A stretch of 64,000 nt of DNA, taken from contig MU057711.1 in the NCBI GenBank assembly GCA_013265495.1, forward strand, positions 434,001-498,000, read 5' to 3'. A program made the translations under genes and the position numbers. Every line of letters starts with the position of its first letter. Position 1 is the stretch's first letter. The notes below the pieces were generated by a model, which was not told where the DNA came from, did no database searches, and saw only the letters and a list, made by a program, of their open reading frames with translations. Source of the DNA: Vicugna vicugna (Eukaryota). Positions 26,436 to 39,202 of the stretch are shown piece after piece.

Positions 26436-29209
26436 TGTCTCCCAAGCAGCAGTACCCAACCCCTAAATGCAGTGCCTCCTCCAGCATACAGATTTTATAC
26501 TAAACTCTCTATAAATTTCCTATTTCCAAAGTTGTTCATGTGTTTTCTTTATTATTCACATCACAAATGTTTTCTTTATAATTCACGTCACCATTTTTTG
26601 CAGCCATTGCTTAAGCACGAGTCAATTTATTTCTTGATAATCTTATTTGATGTAATTCTTATCAGCAGTCCCAGACAAAATCAAATTAAAAAAAAAGCTT
26701 CAACATCTACAGCTGCCTTATGTGAGATTTGCTTGCATTAGGTATTTCAGATCGTTCTCTCTAGCTTGGCATTTGGCACCTTCTGCTTAACTGTTTTTCA
26801 CCCCCAGAGATTGACATCTTTGCATCCTTCTCTTCTCTCGGGGCTTTGAGTCTTGTTTCTCACATGGATACCCACCCCGTGTCAGCAATGAGGTATTGAT
26901 TCTTCTTCTTGTCATTTAACATTCTCATGGAGACCCTGGAAGACCAATTTACAAATGATTGCAAAAGTGCTTTGGCAAATTGAGAATGTGTTTGACTGAG
27001 GAAAAAAAGTAGACTATGAAAATTTCGCACCTTTCAATTGAGCTCGCTTAATGCCATGCAGGCTCTCTTAATGAGCATTTTCAATCACCACTAAAAATCA
27101 TGTTTGCCTTCTTCGATCCTCTGATCCACAGAGCTCCCTCACTCGGGGAGGATGTCTCGTCTCTGCCCTTGGTGGGTTGGGGCTGATTCTTCCACGCCCG
27201 GGAGACCTTGCCTTGAGGCCCGCCCCTCTCTTGGAGGTTAGCCTTTCCCTAAGTAAGCACCACCATTGGGGCTACTTTGCAGGTCCTCCGCCCACCAGGC
27301 AGATACTACTTTTCTGACCCATCTGTCAGGTCCTGCAATTCATGGTCCTCCCCGGGGCAGAAGCCACGAGCCACAGAGCAAAGCCGCAGTCAGACTGGAT
27401 ATTTCAGGGTTATTTATTAGTCCGTGGCTTGGAAGTCTAGCCAGAAGATTCTCACTTGGGGTCTGTTTGCCTTATGCAGTCTGTCTCCAAAGTGCAATTC
27501 AGAAATATAGAGACGTCAGGGTAATTTTCCATCCTCTGGTGACAGTGTTATTATGGGGAAGGAAGGGTGAGAGCTGCTTGCTGCGTGAGTGACTGCTTCT
27601 CATTTCTTCCAGGAGCCCCAGGATGTAAACATGTAAACGACTGTCAAGGCCGAGTACCCTGAGAGCCTCACCTGGAGTTCCTCTCTGGGGAATTGAGGTT
27701 AATGGCTTTCTCTGCAAATCCCTGCCTACACTTGTCTCATTGCAGGATTGCAGAACCCACTGTGTCTAGATGTGCCTGGGAGATTCTAGGATTTCCTCAG
27801 CTTGTTTTTTGCCCATTAATTTGCTGCCTCATCTGGAAGCTGCATCAACAGTGTGGTGAGTGCTGGGGCAAAGGAGACGCCAAGATCAGGCCCTTAAATG
27901 TCTCTTTCTCCCTCCTTCAGTCCCCCACGCTGTCTCTGGACCACAGTCACACCAGCCCTCTCCAGGTTCTGCCCTCTCCTGAGCTGGGCAAAGCTCCCAG
28001 CCTCGACTGTACCTGCTTCCTTCACTTCATCTTCGTAATGCCTGCCCAACCTCTTTATGTCAATTATCAGAGAAACCCCTGTGCTTCCACCCCAGACTAG
28101 GTAAGGCCCCTGCTGGAAGCTCTTAGAATTTCTGATTTGTGTCCTTCAGTGCCTTTCCATGTTTGCGACTTTGTGTGAGAATGTGCTTGACCTTGTCCCA
28201 CGGACAAGCCTGCAGGCTCTCGAAAGCAAGAGTAGCCTAGCTTAGTTCCCTAGCCCTCCAGCACCAGGGAGAGCTCCTCACTCACCCCCGGAGTTGTTAC
28301 TTTACCTATTAATCTTTATTTCATGAACGACTGTTAGGGACGAGCTTTGGGGTATTCAGGGAGGAGTTCTGGGTCACGGCTGGGGTGTATCATGTGTACT
28401 CACCTGAAAATGCTCTTTTCTCTTTCAGTTCGCCCCTGGGAAAAGGATGGGGAATGGAACCACACCATGGTGGCTTACATGGGTGTAGAAAGGAGAAAGG
28501 GCACAACACAAGTGATCCATGCCTAGTTTCCTCATCTTGACATCGTCTACGTGTGTGCGAATGGCTACCAGGAGTTAACTCAAAACTCAGCTAGATTTAA
28601 GGGATGTCATTTCCAATAGATCTTTGGACTGAACAGCAAGCTGATTGTCCATTTCAAAGTTAAAGTTCATGTGTGGGCACAGAGCTGTATGTAGAAAATG
28701 GAATTTTAAATATCAAAACAGACAAACACTGAAGCACTAGGGGAAAAAAAATCATATTTTTCTACGGAAAGGCATTGCCCCAAAAGGAGTACAGATTAAA
28801 ACATCTTAATTTTTTTTTCATTCCCCTTTTTTGGTTGTAAAAAACCCCTTTATCCTCCATATTTATCTCTTCAGTGACCCAAACACCCAGGCATCCCAGG
28901 GATTTGGCAGAGCTGGAGTCCTAGCATTCGTTCAGAAAATACCCACCGGGCAGCAGCCGCATGCTGGGTGCTGTGACCGTGTTTCAGAACCACGTGGAAC
29001 GCAGGCCCTGTCCTCAGAAGGGGTGGGAGGGTGCGAAGGGTTTCGGGTTGATGACCGTGCTGTCCTGAGTTGGAATTGCAAATCTAAAATTTACAAGCAG
29101 CCTCAATTTGGGCAAGATATTTCATCCCCCCATCCGCAATTCCTATATCTATAAAGTGAGGTTAATGCTGCTTCTCTCTTAAGGTCGTTTTAAGGATGAA
29201 ATGAGACAC

Positions 29210-29765
29210 AGTCATTTAAAAAGTAAATCAGATCATGGCATGCCCTCACTCAAAACCCCCCAAAGGGTTGTTATGAAATTTGGAATAGAGTCCAAAGGCC
29301 TTAGCATGGTGACGTCACCCACATCTCCATCCCCATCTCCTGATCCTCATTGCCTTACGCCTTGTGCTCCCGACACTCCCCACCCTGTTAGTCCAGCAGC
29401 TCAGACACATTCGTACCTCTGTCTGGACCTCTGTGCTGGCTGCTCTCTCCGCCTGGAACGTCCTTCCTCCCCACAGTCACAAGCCTTGCTGCTGTCATCA
29501 TTCAGATCTCGGCTCCAGGGCCACGTCCTCAGAGAGCCCTTTCCTGATTCCTAAACTAATATTATCCATCACTCCTACTTCTTTAATCTGTTCTATTTCT
29601 CTTCATAGCCATAATTCCTGACATTACATGGTCTTTTTCATTTGCTTACGGTCGGTCTCCGCTCGCTGGAATGGGTGCTTCATGCCAGCAGGGACTTTTT
29701 GTTGCTGACTTCCCAGTTCCTAGAACCGTGCCTGGGTCTCAAATATTTGCTGAGTGATTAAGTGA
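29210..29765 (+). mobile_element. L2 3' fragment
   Basis: taaatcagatcatggcatgccctcactcaaaacc...cctagaaccgtgcctgggtctcaaatatttgctgagtga. Confidence 0.8.
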
Positions 29766-32700
29766 TAGAAGTTGTCTCACCCAGCACTTGGCATGTAGGA
29801 ACTCAATAAATGTCAGTTCTCTTCCTGCATTCTTCTCAGCAAGGAGCTTAAACTTTACAGCTGAAGATAAGACAGTAGGAGATGGATTTTTTTTGGATTT
29901 AGTTAAGCCACTTGGATCTTTTTACATCCCAATAACTACACACCGCAGAGCCTAACAGACAGTGAATCCGCCTTTTATGTTTTAATCAATTTGTTCCGCA
30001 TAAAGTATGTCTAGGGTGATAAGAGCAACTGTTAGAAAAAAATAAAGCACTAGAACAATTGATGGAACTTGCTTATTCTTGTCCTGTGCAGCCCTGCTTG
30101 CCTTGAAAAGGGGAGCTGGCTAGAGAGAAAGAGCCACATTGCCTTTGCAGGAGGGAACATCACAATTAATAAAGTTTCCTTTAATGAATCCTGCTGGAAC
30201 CTTGCTCTTGCAAAGATGCGTCAGTGGAAACTGTTTCTATCTGTTGCCTTATGAATGAATTGTATGGAGATATTTCTTGGCCGAAGTAAAAACATCTCAT
30301 GTGGAGCAGGTGCTCTGTGTTTCCTACTCCCTAACTGACTCATGTTTATGGAGGGCAGATTGCATGTCCTGGGCGGTGGGTGGATGAGCAGGTGGGGAAG
30401 AAACACACCGGCGAGTGCCGGGAAGAGGTGAAATGGGGGCCCAGATCAGGTGGGCAGGGGGAGGTCCAAGAAGACTTGGCAGACGAAGGGGTGTTTGAGT
30501 TGAGATTTCAAAATTAATAGGCATTGAGGAGGCAAGAAGGTGGTATGGGGAGGGTGGTGCAGAATGAAAGGCATTCTAAGCAGAGGGAAGGACAGTTTGG
30601 AAAACTGGATCCTGAGTTCTAATCTCTGCCACCATGGAGACCCATCCCCTTTCTGTGCCTCAGTTTCCCCAGATGTAATTCAAGAGGTTGGAATAGATGA
30701 TTTCTTAAGTTCTACCCAGAAAGGAATTCTGGAGCTCCCTCTTTCTCCTTCCCTCCCACTCCTGTGCCCTTCTTCTCCTATGGAGTACATTTCCTTTTCC
30801 CTTCCTTTTTTGACCCCTCCCCCCTTTTTTTCTTATTTGTCAAGTCACCAAGGGCAACAGAGAACATTATTTAAAATTTCTGATAACACTTGGGGCAGAA
30901 GGAATGGCAGATTGCTTTCCCATCTGGAAAAATCTCATTTATTCTCAATTTTACAGACAAAATATTAAGTGGGAACACTAAATCCCATGGTGGCAAAATG
31001 CAAAATTGAATTCTGTAGTAGCAACATTTGGGTAAAGAGAATTTCTTTATGGAATGGGTAGTCACTCTTTTTACTATTAATCACTGACCCTGGGCTGATA
31101 GGGCTCTTCCTATATTCCTGTGCAGGTAGAGAGAAATTATTACCCCCATTTAATGGGTGGGAAAACTGAGACTCCAAGAGGACACTCAGCAAGTGGCGGA
31201 GCAGGCTGGGATCTCTGGTAGCCAGATCCCAGAGTTGGTGCAGCTCTACACCACGTGGACTGATCGGTTCCCAGATCATGCAGATCATGTGACCCTGGCT
31301 CGGTCACCTCCTTTCTGGGCTTCAGCTGATCTCTACAAAGCCTCTACCAGCTTGAACCTCCTGATTTGGTCACAAACCCAGGTCCTTTCCCTGTGTCTGA
31401 AGTCACCAGGACACCAAGGGGGGAAAAACAGCAGAAGACTTGCTAGCCCTGTGGGAAATGTTCCGAACATTGATATATCAATGACTGGGAATGTATTTAA
31501 CTCAAGAGCAAAGTGAAGGACAGGTTGAGTTTTGGCATAGTGGGATAGGTACAAAATAGGGCAAATTCAGATCGTATGACAAATTCTAGGACTGCAAAGG
31601 GAACAATAAAAGTCAGACTTTGCAGTGGGGAAAAGAAACCTCTCATTCCATCTGGGCCAGATTTACACCCAGGGAGTCATTTTGGCAAGAGGAGAGCCTT
31701 GGTTTGTTAAATATTAAACAACAAAAAATTAATAATCTAGCTCATTCTTCATGCCTATCTCTGGTGGTTCAACCACCCCTAATTCATTTTTCTTCTTCGT
31801 TCTCTCTTAGTTAAGCTGATATTTGATTCTAGGAGAATTGATCTTATAGCTAATGGTAAGCCTTCCAAAGGTAGACTCCTGAGAACCATTCCTCCTTTCC
31901 TTGAGGAAGAAGCAGGTGGGGATGGGATGATACAAGGCACCCAGCTGCTTGGCATAAGAGCAGAAAGAGAGCGCAGCCCTTCTCTCTCCTAGGCACTGGC
32001 CTTCCCCTGTGACAGAAGGACACGCTGTCGGAATGCACACAGGCGGACCAGATTCAAGAGGACAGCTGCCTACATCATATCCAATGTTTCCAGGCTGGCC
32101 CTTCAGAGGAAGGAGAAATAGGCTCCATCACTCTCAAGTCCTACAAGATCAAAGTGATGGAGTGAAGGAGGTAATGGGAAATGTCAGATTCTGCCTGGAG
32201 AAACAAAGGGATAAGAAAGATCACTGGGAGAACAGACATGAAAGTGAATGAAGTTTAGCTTGAATCATGGCTCAAGAATGTGGCTAAAAGTTTCTGAAAG
32301 CCTGAGATTAGGGCATTTTAATAATATATAAAGATATCAGTGCCTGTCTGACTTATTTCCCACTCATATTTAAAATAGCCCAACCATCTCTCCTGTTGGA
32401 GAGAGCACAGTTTATAAAATGGGCAGAGCCCACATCCAGCATTTGTTGCCCCTTCAGATGTACTTTGACTGAATCCGCAGCCATATTTTGTTTCACGTTT
32501 CTTATAGACATGCTTGCAGAGTATCTCTAAACAAAGAAACCCTTAACTGATATTTTAAAACACAAACCACATGCCAAATAAAATAGCAGGATGTTAAGAG
32601 CCCTTTGATAAATGCATACCCTCTAAAGGCCTAAATGTACACACTCATTTCAAGTACATTTTGTAAATAATTTACTCTCAGTCTGTTTTGAATAATTGTA

Positions 32701-33414
32701 TGAAAATAGTTCATAAGCATAATAAATCTTTAACATACCCTCTTCTTGCATGCTGTTCCTGAAAGTCTCAGTTTGAAGATTATACTTAATGAAATTGTCT
32801 GTCAATTTCGATCATTACCATCTGGGGCAGATGGCTCTTTGATTGTGCATTTAATATGCAGAAAAACCCTGTGCTGCTTCTGTTTTGAGTTAGCCTCCTG
32901 ACGACTAGCATTGTGACGGGTTGCTTTCCGTTTAGCGACAACAGCGGACCTCATGTATCATTACAAGTAAAAATATGCAGAGGAAATGTTTTTCATCTCC
33001 TTTAAGTTGTTCACGTCACAGACTAGCGTTGGAAATGGCACGCACTGGGGTTTGTTACAAGATGCTCAGAGAGGGATATGTGAAGAGCTCCCACCAAAGC
33101 TAGAAGCACTAAGCAGCTGGACAACTCCTGGGAGCAGGATTTGGCCAAAGCAGGGACAAAGGCCCAGAGCCTGAGCTTGGGAAGCCACCTGACTTCTCTT
33201 GCCTTGCTCTGGGATTCTGGGGTCTCTCTGGGAAGCCGGGGTCCCCACTGGGTCAAGGGACCTCTGGCTCAAGTAGATGGGGCTTTTCCCTGGAATTCTG
33301 CCTGTGCTATTATTTTCATTTTTTTCCAGCATGCCTTCAAGGTGAGTGGAACAAAAGGAGCGCAGAGAACATGGCGTCGGAGTTCCCACCTGGGATGGGC
33401 ACTGGACCGGACAG

Positions 33415-33458
33415 AAGACTTCAGTTGTGAAAATCAAAGACTTCGGTTGTGAAAATCA
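33415..33458. repeat. 22-bp tandem duplication
   Basis: aagacttc(a/g)gttgtgaaaatca x2, one mismatch. Confidence 0.95.
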
Positions 33459-33699
33459 TGGCTCCCGTTTTATCCCATATCCTGAGCAGCTATATTGCTC
33501 CCACAACTGTGTATATCATATAAACAGAGTAGAAACAGATCTAAGTGTAGAATAGTGTTGGTTTTTATCCTATGTTTATCAGTATCTTATGTGACTTTGT
33601 GACATAATAGCAAAAACACAGATTTCTGAATTACCAGACTCGGGTTTAAATTTTAATTTTTCTCCTTGGAAGGAGAGTTTAGGGTTAAGGCAGAGAAGG

Positions 33700-33880
33700 T
33701 GGCTGTGGGTCCATGGAGCTGGGTCTGATTCCCAGCTCCTCGGCTGCCAGCCATGTGGCTTTGCATGTGAACCTAAACTCTCTACATCTCTGTTTCCTCA
33801 CCTGTAAGTGCAGGATGAGAATAAGGTTATTCTCACAAGGCAAGGCATCTAACGTTAAGAAACACTTAAAGAACGCTAGT
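33700..33880 (+). mobile_element. MIR SINE
   Basis: ttcccagctcctcggctgccagccatgtggctttg...tctctgtttcctcacctgtaag. Confidence 0.65.
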
Positions 33881-34998
33881 CAAAGTAACAATTATATATC
33901 ATTGGGCCTTACGCACTACCTGCCATTTTGTAGTTGTTCACGAAATAGTTGGTAAATCAATCAATGACTATGAAATACAAGATAAACAACATAAACCCCT
34001 TAGTATTTACTTGTGAACTGGAGGGAACCTCTGCCACGCATGTGCAGACCATATGCTGACCTCAGCTTGCCTAGCCGTGTGACCCTGGGCAATACACTTA
34101 ACCTCGCAGCCCTCGGTTTCCCAGACAGAAGAAGGAAAGTAATGATATACCTACTTCATAGAGCTGTTGTGTTGAGGTACTACCAGCAAAGCACTTAGCA
34201 TTTGAGATTAGTATTAAATTTAACAATTATCTGCATACTGCTAAAGAGTCTCTTGTTCGCCCAAAGCCCCCACTGCGCGGCTCTGAGATGGGCTCTCTCC
34301 CCTGGGCACACTTTCCTTATGGGCTGTCAGCTACCTGGCGGTGAGGGGAGGTAGGGTTCCAGGGAACTTTCCCCTGAGGCCCTGCCGATTAGAAACTATG
34401 ACTCTTAGATGATCGTGTGAATCCAGAGGAGAGCCACATTTGATTCACAAAAATGTAATTTGCAACCAATATTTCATTATTGCGTGGAGCCGTCTGCACG
34501 CTCTCCAGCCCTGTGTGTGAACCACACATTATGTCACAGATGCATCTTCATTAGTGACCAGAGTGGTATTAGAAATGGGTAAATTGGATCATTTAATATC
34601 ATTGCTTTTACCTCCAGAAAAAAAAACAAGACTATTTTTTCCCTCATTACAGTTAATAAGACTTGACAGGCTAAATTTTCATTAGGAAGGCAAAAACATT
34701 CTTATAAATTCTGTCTCTACAAAGAAGGGGTGAAGACAGAAAGCATGAAACCTGGCAGCCATGGTCAACATCTTCCCAGGGTGAAACCCTGTGGTCCCTG
34801 TGGACTTGCCCTCTGCTCTTTGCTGCTAGGTCTTTGGAAGTTGAAATCCCGCAGCTCTAAAGGGCTTTTTTGAATTGCCAATTCACATTCCTTTCCTCTG
34901 AAATTTAACTGAGCACTCACTTCCTCCAGGAAGCCCTCTCTGATTACCACAGAATGGTCAGGCTCTATATGCCCACCTCCCCATCGAAGCCACTTTTA

Positions 34999-35848
34999 TT
35001 TTGTTTTATTTTATTGGAATATGAACAAGGTCATTTATTGGAAGTTCAAGTCAGAACTTGAAATTTTGTAATTATTTAGCAAGAATGAGAAGAAATGAAC
35101 TCAGCCAAGTTGGTTATATAGGAGAATTATCTGTGGAGCTTGGTTAAATAAAATGCAAAATTCACAGAAGTCCTAATTGTCTACATCTGTGTTGTGGCAT
35201 CTCTTAAAAAACTCTAATTCTAATGCAGGTAATCTTTCATCCACTCTTTGAGAAACTAAACATTCAAATCAAAACTCTTTTACCAAATGGAAAGGGTAAA
35301 ACTAGCTGTAAGTAAAACTTTTTTTTTAAATTGAACTTTAGCCAATTTACAACGTTGTGTTAATTTCCAGTGTACAGCATAATGATCATATAAATATATG
35401 ATCATATTTTCATATATGAATATTTTCATAGTCTTTTTCATTATAGGCCATTACAAGGTATTGAATATATTTCCCTGTGCTCTACAGTGGGTCCTTGCAG
35501 GACTATTTTCTATATAGTAGTTAGTATCTACAAATCCTGAACTCCTAATTTATCCCTCCCCTCCCCCTTCCACCCTAGTAACCATAAGTTTGTTTTCTAT
35601 GTCTGTGAGTCTGTCTTTGTTTTGTAAATAAGTTCATTTGTGTCCTTTTTTTTTTTAAGATTCCACATATAAGTGATTTCTTACATTTGTCTTTCTCTGT
35701 CTGACTTACTTCACTTAGTGTGATGGTCTCCAGGTCCATCCATGTTGCTGCAAATGGCATTATTTTATTCTTTCTTTATAGCTGAGTGGTATTCCATTAT
35801 ACACATATACCATAATGTCTTATGGACATTTAGGTTGCTTCCATGTTC
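34999..35848 (-). mobile_element. LINE-1 insertion with a ~300-bp 3' transduction
   Basis: TSD aagccactttta at 34987-34998 and 35849-35860. Outer tail 34999-35015; AATAAA (minus strand) 35034-35039; non-L1 DNA 35016-35318; inner T9 at 35319-35327; L1 3' end 35328-35848 (ORF MPFAATWMDLETITLSEVSQTEKDK). Confidence 0.85.
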
Positions 35849-35867
35849 AAGCCACTTTTAGACTCAG

Positions 35868-36338
35868 TGTCAAGTGATCCCCCAAGGCAGAGCCTGAGGC
35901 AAGGACTAGGGGCAGGTGCTTCATTTGGGAGCTGATCCTATGGAGTGGAGAAGAGGGGCAAGACAGGAGATGAGGAAAAGCCAGTCTGAGGATGTGTTAG
36001 TGAGGTCGCTGCTATGTGCATTGGGGCTGGATGCCACCAGCATCTCTGAGAAGCTGGCAGAGCACCTTCCAGGGTTGTGGGTCTGGGGCACGGATGGAGG
36101 GAGCAATGACTGCTCCTGCCTCCAGTGGCCGTGGGTTGCCCCTGGGGGCACTAATGTCGCACTCAGGGGCACTTGCGTTCTGACCCAGTGGAATCACGGG
36201 GCATCAGAGAAGCCACTGGGACGGAAAGAAAATCTGCGAGTGCTTAAGGTGAGAGCCAGCAAGTGGCAAGTCAGGGCTGCGATGGGCGTGTAGGCCCAGC
36301 TGTGGCCGCAACTGGAGGGACACCGGGCGCCCCCTACA
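35868..36338 (-). mobile_element. ERVL solo LTR (LTR33/LTR16-like)
   Basis: ccccaaggcagagcctgaggcaaggact...catttgggagctgatcc (reverse of the U5 end); the other end reads gacaccgggcgccccctaca. Confidence 0.75.
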
Positions 36339-36340
36339 GG
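36327..36340 (-). promoter_or_regulatory. Candidate CTCF core motif
   Basis: Minus strand CCTGTAGGGGGCGC versus consensus core CCASYAGRKGGCRS; sequence match only. Confidence 0.45.
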
Positions 36341-36384
36341 AGTAATAAAGGAAACGAACACTGGTTGGGTATTTGGGTATCTTT

Positions 36385-36830
36385 CACTCGTTCACTAACA
36401 AACACTTACTGAGAGCCTGTTATTTGTCAGAGACCCTTCTAGGCTCTGAGGATACTAGAGTGAATGGTGCAAAATAAGTAAATGGCATAATTTCAGGTAG
36501 GGATAGTCTATCCAAAAAGGTAAAGCAGGGCAAGGGGTTAGAGTGTCAGGGATGTTACATGTTCATTTTAGATAAAGTGATGAAGGAAAGGCACAATTGA
36601 ATAAAATCAGGGTGGGTGCGGTGGTGAGAGTAATCTGGATGGAAGAACCAAGCAGGGGCCTGAGGGAGGAGGAAGTCCTCTGTATCTGAGCAGGAACAAG
36701 CCAGTGTGCCCGCGGCTGGGTCAGCCAGGGGAGGAATAGGGTGAGGTTGTGTGAGCCCTGCAGTTGGGAGGTGTGGTTGTATCTGCCCCCTCTGTGAGAG
36801 GGTGCTGTTGAGGGCAGTGAGATGATTAAG
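36385..36830 (-). mobile_element. L2 3' fragment
   Basis: ttcactaacaaacacttactgagagcctgttatttgtcagagacccttctaggc. Confidence 0.7.
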
Positions 36831-38351
36831 CTTTTCAATAAGAGTTTTTAAATTAAGCATGTACCAAATAGTGCACTGTTCTAATTTGTGGTCCTTGTAA
36901 CAACGCCACGAGGTTTTCCGGATGGAGGGCACACAGTGATCATGTAGAAACAGGGTCCGAAGCTAGAGAGCCTCACTCCGGAGCCCTGGATCTCATGCTG
37001 TTTGGTCCTCCATGTCCGCAAATCATTTCCCTCAGCCTGTGTACCCGATCCCTACCTGACCACACACTCTTCCAGATCAGAGGTGTTTTCTTTCCACCAC
37101 TCAGTGCTGCTCGCACCTGCTGTTGCCTGGGCAACGGGGCGGCGTGAGTGCACAGCCTGGGGGCAGGGGGCACAGGCGCTGGTGGGGGTGACGGTGACGC
37201 TTTGTCCTGACTTGGTGCTGCTCCCCACCTTCTCTGGGGTTGATGTTTCTGCAGGTACGTGGCTGTTCTGGACCAGAGCGACCAGACCATGCCCGCTCGG
37301 TGGGTGAGGGCAGTTCATCCTGGAGGGTTCGGAGGCACCAGCTCGCAGCCCCTTGATGGATAAGTGAGCCACCTAGGCGGAGGGCGGAGGTAAAAGGGAC
37401 TGACGTTTGGCAATTTTTCTACCTATAAAAAGAGATTCAAACTCCCTCAACAATTTGATTTGAGCCAGTGTTCTGACCTACGGGTGGCCTCTATCATTTA
37501 GTGTCTGTAAAGGAAGGTGTTAATTTTTCCACTGCATTCGGAAGAAGTTTCTTGGACCAGCAAGGACATTGGGTCAGCTCACCCTTTAAAGGAGGCAACT
37601 GCAATTTAGAAGATTTAAGTTTGGGGAAATGTGCTCTCTTCTAAAAGCCCAGGAGCAGAGTCGTAAAAAAAATCTCGCTCCCCAGTCCCACTGCCAGTGG
37701 TTTACGTGGGTTTGTTCTGGAAGCTGTCAAAGGGTGTCCACTGGCTGCAGGGCCCCCTGGCCTCAGAAGTCAGCAGGCAGCCAGCTTGTTGTGCCTCTGC
37801 TTTGAGGAAAAACAGCACCTGGTCAGACAGGGGTCTTGCTCAAGGCACAGGACAGCTAGTAACTACAGAGTTCCAGGAAGCTTGTTAATCAAGTCGGCAA
37901 CGTCCGGGCTGCCTCACCTTGGTGCTTTCAGAGGTCAGTGACCGGGAGACCCAGATTCAATTAGAAATAAAGGCTAGAGGCCTGGTCAGCTTCTCTGCAA
38001 TCCGGTCCTAGCTTCCTGAAGAGAGGGGCCGAATCTTACTTGCTGATTTTTAGAATACGAAGAGCAGACTTCCCTGATCCATGCTTCAAGCTTTAGAAGA
38101 AGAAGAAAAAGAAGACCAACCTCACCCAGTGTTGTCAGCCTAAGAAATGCAATGCCCCAAGAAGGCAGTTCTGACCACATAACCATAAATTACCTCCAGG
38201 AGGGTTGATATAAGGGAATGGGGAGCAACTTCCTTTGCAATTTGGTTGCCAGGAGGAGAATCACTATGACATGATAACCCCATCAGAGGGACAGCAGGCC
38301 CCAGAAAGAAATACTGGTCTCTTTAATGTTTGCTGTAAGTTGCTGTGGTTT

Positions 38352-38538
38352 TGTAAGCAGGTAGGGTAGGGGATCCTGGGAGAAAAAGAACCAGGCATGG
38401 CTTGCTTGACATGAGAAGCCACTTTTTACTCTAAGCCATGTTGTGATCTAAGCCTGGCCACAGTGCTTGCCACTGATCCGGTTTCAGTAATTAATGATCT
38501 TAGGGGAACAGAAGAATGCAGAAACAAATGACTGTTAC
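38352..38538 (+). mobile_element. 5' fragment of a different ERV1-type LTR
   Basis: Starts tgtaagcaggtagggtaggggatcctgggagaaaaagaaccaggcatggc, recalled as a laurasiatherian ERV LTR start; ends abruptly at the next LTR. Confidence 0.5.
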
Positions 38539-39202
38539 TGATGCAGGAAAAATGGATGTGGAGCGTGAGGAGGCATATGGGGTGTGTCCCAGGTCTTGGT
38601 GGTGCCCTGGGACGTGCCCCACCAGGTGTGGGTCCTTGGCTTTGAGCAGGAAAGAATTCAAGAGTGAGCCACAGTTGAGTAAAGGTAGATTTATTTAGAG
38701 AGATACATACTACCTAGAGTGTAGGCTATTTTAAAAGGCAAGAGAAAGGCCACGAGGTGTGGGGTTTGGATGCTCAGATTAGAGTAAAAGTAGGTACACA
38801 CTCCACAGACACAGTGTGGGCCGTCTCCGAAGAGGTGGGAGAGAGAGAGGCTGCCACGAGGTGCCGTGTTGCCAATTTTCATGGGCTCAGTAGCTTCATA
38901 TGTTAATTAGTGGAAAGACCAGTCTAACTGACCTGGGGAAGGGGCTGAGATTCCCAGGAAGTTGGCCATTTCCCACTTTGACCTTTTGTGGTTAGCCCTG
39001 GGACTATCATGGCGCCTGTGGGCATGTTATTTACCATGCTAATATGTTACAATGAGCATATAATGGAGCTTAAGTTCTGCTAAAGTCAAATCTCCCACCA
39101 TCTTGAGCCTCAAGGCCTACTAGGGGTTGAATCTTTCACCATTCTGGTGTTAATTGCTGTGTTATTCCTTGAATGGCTGTGCCCTGCCCGCTTCCTGTCT
39201 CA
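38539..39202 (-). mobile_element. ERV1-type solo LTR, copy 1
   Basis: TG...CA termini; minus-strand aataaa near 38690; highly similar along its length to 40891-41529. Confidence 0.88.

Noticed and set aside
28405..28500. Strong splice acceptor (ctcttttctctttcag) as an exon start
   Set aside because: No convincing donor or recognisable peptide; a non-coding exon cannot be supported without transcript data.
33415..33458. CRISPR-like direct repeat
   Set aside because: Two adjacent copies with no spacer, in eukaryotic DNA.
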